Position numbers and translations under genes: made by a program. The notes beneath the pieces were generated by a model, which was not told the origin of the DNA, did not search any database, and was given only the letters and a program-made list of their open reading frames with translations. A stretch of 50,821 bases of DNA, taken from IMG/VR virus record IMGVR_UViG_3300014911_000395; one strand, given 5' to 3'. Positions 46,840 through 50,821 of the stretch are shown here, piece by piece; position 1 is the stretch's first letter; each line of letters opens with the position of its first letter. The stretch comes from a virus.

Positions 46840-48525
46840 ATGTTTATAGGCATTGACTTGGGGACTACATCAAGTGAAGCGGCTTTTGTTGACGATAAAA
46901 AGGAAATACAAATTATTCCCGCTTCTGAAGGCTCATTTGGCGGTAAAAACTTCCCGTCGGTTGTTGGATTCAAAGATAAAGAGATAATAGTCGGTTGGCA
47001 GGCAAAAAGACTTCCTATTGAGAAGTTCGCAGAATTCAAGCGAGCGATGGGTACGGATAAAAAATTCTACTCTGAAACTCTCGATAAGTGGTTCACTCCC
47101 CAAGAACTATCCGCATTTGTTCTTAGGAAAATCAAGGAGGACGCAGAAAAATATCTCAACGAAGAAATTACAGGAGCAGTAATAACAGTTCCAGCCTATT
47201 TCGATGATAACCAGCGTCAGGCTACCAAGGACGCCGCAAAAATTGCGGGTATTGATTGTAAGAGGATAATCAACGAACCGACAGCCGCCGCTATGGCTTA
47301 CGGCTTTAAAGGTGATGAGAACATCAAGGTTGCAGTACTCGACCTCGGTGGTGGTACGTTCGATGTGACAATCATGGAAATAGCGGACGGTGTATTTCAA
47401 GTACTATCGACGTCGGGAGATACGAAGCTTGGCGGTTGTGACATGGACGATTTGCTCTACAAGTACATTATTAACAACTATCTACCCGATAATGCTGATG
47501 TTGATGATTATGAGGTACTAATGATTAAAGAAATGGTAGAAAGGGCTAAGATGGAGTTAAGCAGTGTCACAACCACTACTATCTACGTTCCAAGGTTGTT
47601 CAACGTTACGATTACAAGGTCTGAGTTCGAGAAAGTAATCAAACCCGTGTTGGACAGATTAAAAGCCCCAATCTTTGACGCCCTAAAAGGTGCAAATCTA
47701 ACTCAGGAAGAGATAGACAGGGTAATCCTCGTTGGCGGAGCAACGAAAGTTCCAGCAGTTAGGAACTTGTTTGAAGACATCTTCGGCAAGGAGAAAATAG
47801 CTGGCGGAGTTGACCCGATGAGAGCTGTTGCTATGGGAGCGGCAATTCAGGCGGCAATTCTCGAAGGCAAGCTAAAATCTGACGTACTGCTCGTTGACGT
47901 TCTACCATTATCTCTCGGTGTAGAGATTAAAGATGGGTTGATGAGTAAAATCATAGAACGCAACACACCAATTCCGATTAAAGCCTCAAAGATATTCACA
48001 ACGGTTTATGATAACCAAACAGCGGTAAGGGTAAAGGTATTTCAAGGGGAGCGAGAATTTACGAAGGATAACGTATATCTCGGAGAACTTCTACTCGATG
48101 GTATTCTGCCAGCACCAGCGGGAGTTCCACGTATAGAAGTCACCTTCGAGGTCGATGAAAACGGAATAATAATAGTTACAGCGAAGGACTTGGGAACAGA
48201 GAAGGAACGAACACTCAAAATTGAAGCACCACATAGGCTATCTGATGATGAGCTTAAGAGAATTATCGAGGAGGCTGAAAAGCTCAGAGATGAAGATATG
48301 AAAGGTAGAGAGCTAATAGAGCTAAAGAATAAAGCTCACATGACGATAGATTTCATAGATGTTGCATTAAAGAAAGTCGATGGTCAGATAAAATCAGAGC
48401 TTGTTGAAGCTAAACTGAACCTTGAGAGGAGCGTTAGCAGTAATAATAATGATGAGATAAAACACTACCTCAACGTTGCTGAGGATTTATTGCGTAAAGC
48501 TGCTGAACAAATTTACGGTTCGTGA
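46840..48525 (+). CDS. dnaK: Hsp70 chaperone DnaK
   Basis: [43 protein letters not shown], linker [30 protein letters not shown]. Confidence 0.97.
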   Translation: MFIGIDLGTTSSEAAFVDDKKEIQIIPASEGSFGGKNFPSVVGFKDKEIIVGWQAKRLPIEKFAEFKRAMGTDKKFYSETLDKWFTPQELSAFVLRKIKEDAEKYLNEEITGAVITVPAYFDDNQRQATKDAAKIAGIDCKRIINEPTAAAMAYGFKGDENIKVAVLDLGGGTFDVTIMEIADGVFQVLSTSGDTKLGGCDMDDLLYKYIINNYLPDNADVDDYEVLMIKEMVERAKMELSSVTTTTIYVPRLFNVTITRSEFEKVIKPVLDRLKAPIFDALKGANLTQEEIDRVILVGGATKVPAVRNLFEDIFGKEKIAGGVDPMRAVAMGAAIQAAILEGKLKSDVLLVDVLPLSLGVEIKDGLMSKIIERNTPIPIKASKIFTTVYDNQTAVRVKVFQGEREFTKDNVYLGELLLDGILPAPAGVPRIEVTFEVDENGIIIVTAKDLGTEKERTLKIEAPHRLSDDELKRIIEEAEKLRDEDMKGRELIELKNKAHMTIDFIDVALKKVDGQIKSELVEAKLNLERSVSSNNNDEIKHYLNVAEDLLRKAAEQIYGS

Positions 48526-48586
48526 CTGCCAGCACATACCAGAATTAACCGAAAATTTTAAAAAGTGTAAAAATTAAATTCTGAGT

Positions 48587-48916
48587 ATGACGGAAATTGG
48601 AGGAGAAGCTGGAGACGTAGCAATATTCGATGTGGAAGTAACGACGGGCAGGAGAATAACAATACCGCACAAGGTATCGGAGAGACTTGGCATAACTAAG
48701 GGAACGATGGTGAGGTTTACGGTTGTTCCGCTCGATGAGGTAGATGATGAGGACATAGACAACATAAACCCGTTAAACAAAGGTATTTTCGAGGCAGAAG
48801 TGCCAGTCGATAAAAGAATAACTATCCCCTCAAAGATTGCGAAGAGACTTGGAATGAACGTGGCGGGTACGATGGTCAGGGTGAAACTTGAAATTCTGGA
48901 TTTTGGAGAAGCTTGA
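48587..48916 (+). CDS. Tandem AbrB/SpoVT swapped-hairpin transcription factor
   Basis: Two copies of RITIP..V/I..RLG...GTMVR. Confidence 0.85.
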   Translation: MTEIGGEAGDVAIFDVEVTTGRRITIPHKVSERLGITKGTMVRFTVVPLDEVDDEDIDNINPLNKGIFEAEVPVDKRITIPSKIAKRLGMNVAGTMVRVKLEILDFGEA

Positions 48917-49365
48917 TGGATAGACTCGAAGCGTTAAGAATTCTCGGATTACATCCAGACGCTACACAAGATGAGATTAAACAGGCATTCAGGAAGCTCG
49001 CCAAACAACATCACCCTGACGTTGGCGGTGACAAAGAACACTTCAAGAAAATCAATGAAGCTTACAACGTTCTCGTAAACAAAAAAGACTTCGACCTCAA
49101 TTTAGATGTCAACGTCAACATCGACATCGACATCAAAAACATCATGCTAAAAGCAGAGGAGGCAACCAAGAAAATTTTTAATTTATTTGGTTTTGAGACG
49201 GGAGAGTTTGAGATACAGTATAAATGTCCCGTTTGTGGTGAGGAATGGGTTGAGAAATCGTTTATTAAAGTTACAGATGTGGTAGAGGAGGTTTGTGGAA
49301 AATGCAGATTAAGGTTGGCTCAAAAGTTAGGTTCAAGCTTTTTGGAAAACTTTTCGAAGGAGTAG
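48916..49365 (+). CDS. Class C J-domain protein with C-terminal zinc ribbon
   Basis: ALRILGL...[20 protein letters not shown]...FKKINEAY; CPVC...CGKC; no G/F region. Confidence 0.9.
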   Translation: MDRLEALRILGLHPDATQDEIKQAFRKLAKQHHPDVGGDKEHFKKINEAYNVLVNKKDFDLNLDVNVNIDIDIKNIMLKAEEATKKIFNLFGFETGEFEIQYKCPVCGEEWVEKSFIKVTDVVEEVCGKCRLRLAQKLGSSFLENFSKE

Positions 49366-49493
49366 TTGTGGACATCAGAGTCAAAAGTAGACGTGTAAAA
49401 GTCAAAGCAAAGTACAGAAATTCTACGCTGTACATCTGGAGACGTTTCGACCAAGTGGAGGTTTTGCCCGATGGACTTAGCGGAGAAACTTGA
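49302..49493 (+). CDS. Small basic SH3/KOW-like protein
   Basis: IKVGSKVRF...EGVVVDI...VKVK pattern. Confidence 0.5.
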   Translation: MQIKVGSKVRFKLFGKLFEGVVVDIRVKSRRVKVKAKYRNSTLYIWRRFDQVEVLPDGLSGET

Positions 49494-49544
49494 GAAGAAC
49501 CAACCAACCGCAACCGTTATATACCATTATTAACCATTTTTTGT

Positions 49545-50273
49545 ATGGGAACAGTTAAAGTTGGAGAATATGAGTTAGAGTGGCTTGAAGGATTAGAGCC
49601 GAGGAGAGGCTGTGGATACAGATACGTCGGTAAACTATATCTCGTTGGAGCGGGAATACCGATTACGTGCCATAGATTGCCAATAGAGCTTCCTGAAGCG
49701 TGTCCAACGTGTGGGTGGGAGCTAAAACAACATAGGGGCATACAAAAAATCGATTTTGAGAGAATCTTCGGCAAGTGTGAGGAGCTTGATAAGGATTACG
49801 AGTGCCATCCTCACTGTCCAGTGTGCAATCCGCCAAAGAAAGGCTACCTGATGTGGGTTGGAACTAAGTACTATCAGAGAACGATTGATTTCATTGAAGA
49901 GGCTGATAGGCTCGGAGTTAGCAAGGCAATAGCAAGCATACCAAAGGATTTCGAGGTAGGGAAGGATTGGGTTTATCTCGCACACCCGAAAGCTGTCTGG
50001 AAATCAAGAAAAAATAAGGATACGCTAACTGGAAAAGAAGAATACAGCGTTGCGGGTATTTTCTACGTTTTCAGACCAATAAGAGTTGAAGTACTCGTAA
50101 AAGAGTCCGACGCTACGGAAGAAAAAATCAAAAAGCTTGTGGAAAGGGGTATAACGCCAATACTCGTTCCAGACAACTACGATGATATGGTTGAGGCTGT
50201 AAAGAAAAAGAAAAGAAAGAAAAAGAGAATAAAGAAGGATGAAAACCTCGCAACGTTAGATAGTTTCCAGTAG
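49545..50273 (+). CDS. Cys-rich hypothetical viral protein
   Basis: RGCGYR, CHRLP, CPTCG, CHPHCPVC; Lys-rich tail ending LATLDSFQ. Confidence 0.75.
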   Translation: MGTVKVGEYELEWLEGLEPRRGCGYRYVGKLYLVGAGIPITCHRLPIELPEACPTCGWELKQHRGIQKIDFERIFGKCEELDKDYECHPHCPVCNPPKKGYLMWVGTKYYQRTIDFIEEADRLGVSKAIASIPKDFEVGKDWVYLAHPKAVWKSRKNKDTLTGKEEYSVAGIFYVFRPIRVEVLVKESDATEEKIKKLVERGITPILVPDNYDDMVEAVKKKKRKKKRIKKDENLATLDSFQ

Positions 50274-50285
50274 GGGGTGGTTGGG

Positions 50286-50821
50286 TTGGCTAAAAATGTT
50301 ATCGGTTCGTTGTGTATGGATAAAACACTGTTAAGAAAGCTCGTAGAATTGCATTTACCAATCGCTGATACGGGTGGAATAAAAATACATGAGAATGGTA
50401 TAAACATTTCAACACGCACGGAAGGAAATTATGCGATTGTTACGATAAACGTTGCCGAGGAGGATTTGCAAAATCTCAAAATCGATACTGATGTGTTATT
50501 TGGAGTCAACTTCGTGGACATAAAAGAATTGATTAAAGGTTTTGGAGAACCAGTCTGCCTTGATGTGTTCGCAGACAGGGTGAAAGTCACTGGCGGCAAG
50601 TACAAAACAACGCTCAGCATAATACCTCCATCGAACATCGATAACAGAGTTAAGGCAAGAAAATTCAATCTGGATAACGCTGTAACGGTAAACATTTCAG
50701 AGCTTGTGAAATTCCTTGAGGTTGCCAAGAAGTTCGGTGAAGATTTGCACGTTGAGCTTACAGAGGATACGTTACTTTTCTATGTCGACGATAAGGGCAG
50801 ACATGAGTTTGAATATACGAG
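50286..50821 (+). CDS. pcna: PCNA sliding clamp, 5' part (continues at 124-340)
   Basis: Frame from TTG 50286 (after GGGGTGG RBS) or ATG 50316 reads MDKTLLRKLVELHLPIADTGGIKIHENGINIS...VNFVDIKELIK...ISELVKFLEVAKKFGE and joins the 8..340 frame. Confidence 0.85.
   Translation, partial: MAKNVIGSLCMDKTLLRKLVELHLPIADTGGIKIHENGINISTRTEGNYAIVTINVAEEDLQNLKIDTDVLFGVNFVDIKELIKGFGEPVCLDVFADRVKVTGGKYKTTLSIIPPSNIDNRVKARKFNLDNAVTVNISELVKFLEVAKKFGEDLHVELTEDTLLFYVDDKGRHEFEYT
50699..50821. repeat. Terminal direct repeat, copy 2
   Basis: Identical to 1-123; implies a 50,698-bp circle. Confidence 0.97.

Overview
Most likely a complete circular genome (50,698 bp; bases 1-123 = 50699-50821) of an uncharacterised archaeal virus or virus-like element. 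Archaeal signals: GGAGGTGA-type RBSs, TATA-box promoters, Orc1/Cdc6, MCM and PCNA. Layout: (i) replication block: MCM and Cdc6 diverge from an origin-like region (inverted G-string boxes flanking an AT-rich repeat), followed by DnaK, a tandem AbrB protein, a J-domain protein and PCNA across the junction; no polymerase or primase seen. (ii) A ~15.5 kb structural block (24.6-40.1 kb) with a probable jelly-roll capsid protein, small beta-rich proteins, adhesin-like, DUF2341 and Ig-like proteins and small membrane proteins, but no terminase, portal, HK97 capsid or obvious packaging ATPase. (iii) A tyrosine integrase. (iv) Accessory genes: GHKL ATPase-zincin fusion, HAD phosphatase, stand-alone TSCPD domain, cassettes with a shared promoter. 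(v) Five IS200/IS605-family elements, including a promoter-bearing 265-bp miniature element. The most striking locus is a solitary Cas7/RAMP-like gene (18890-19597) followed by ~1.2 kb of non-coding DNA enriched in 5-nt-periodic CAR-NN motifs, a candidate non-CRISPR RNA-guided system. All product calls come from motif recognition by eye; no searches were run, and host and family are unresolved.
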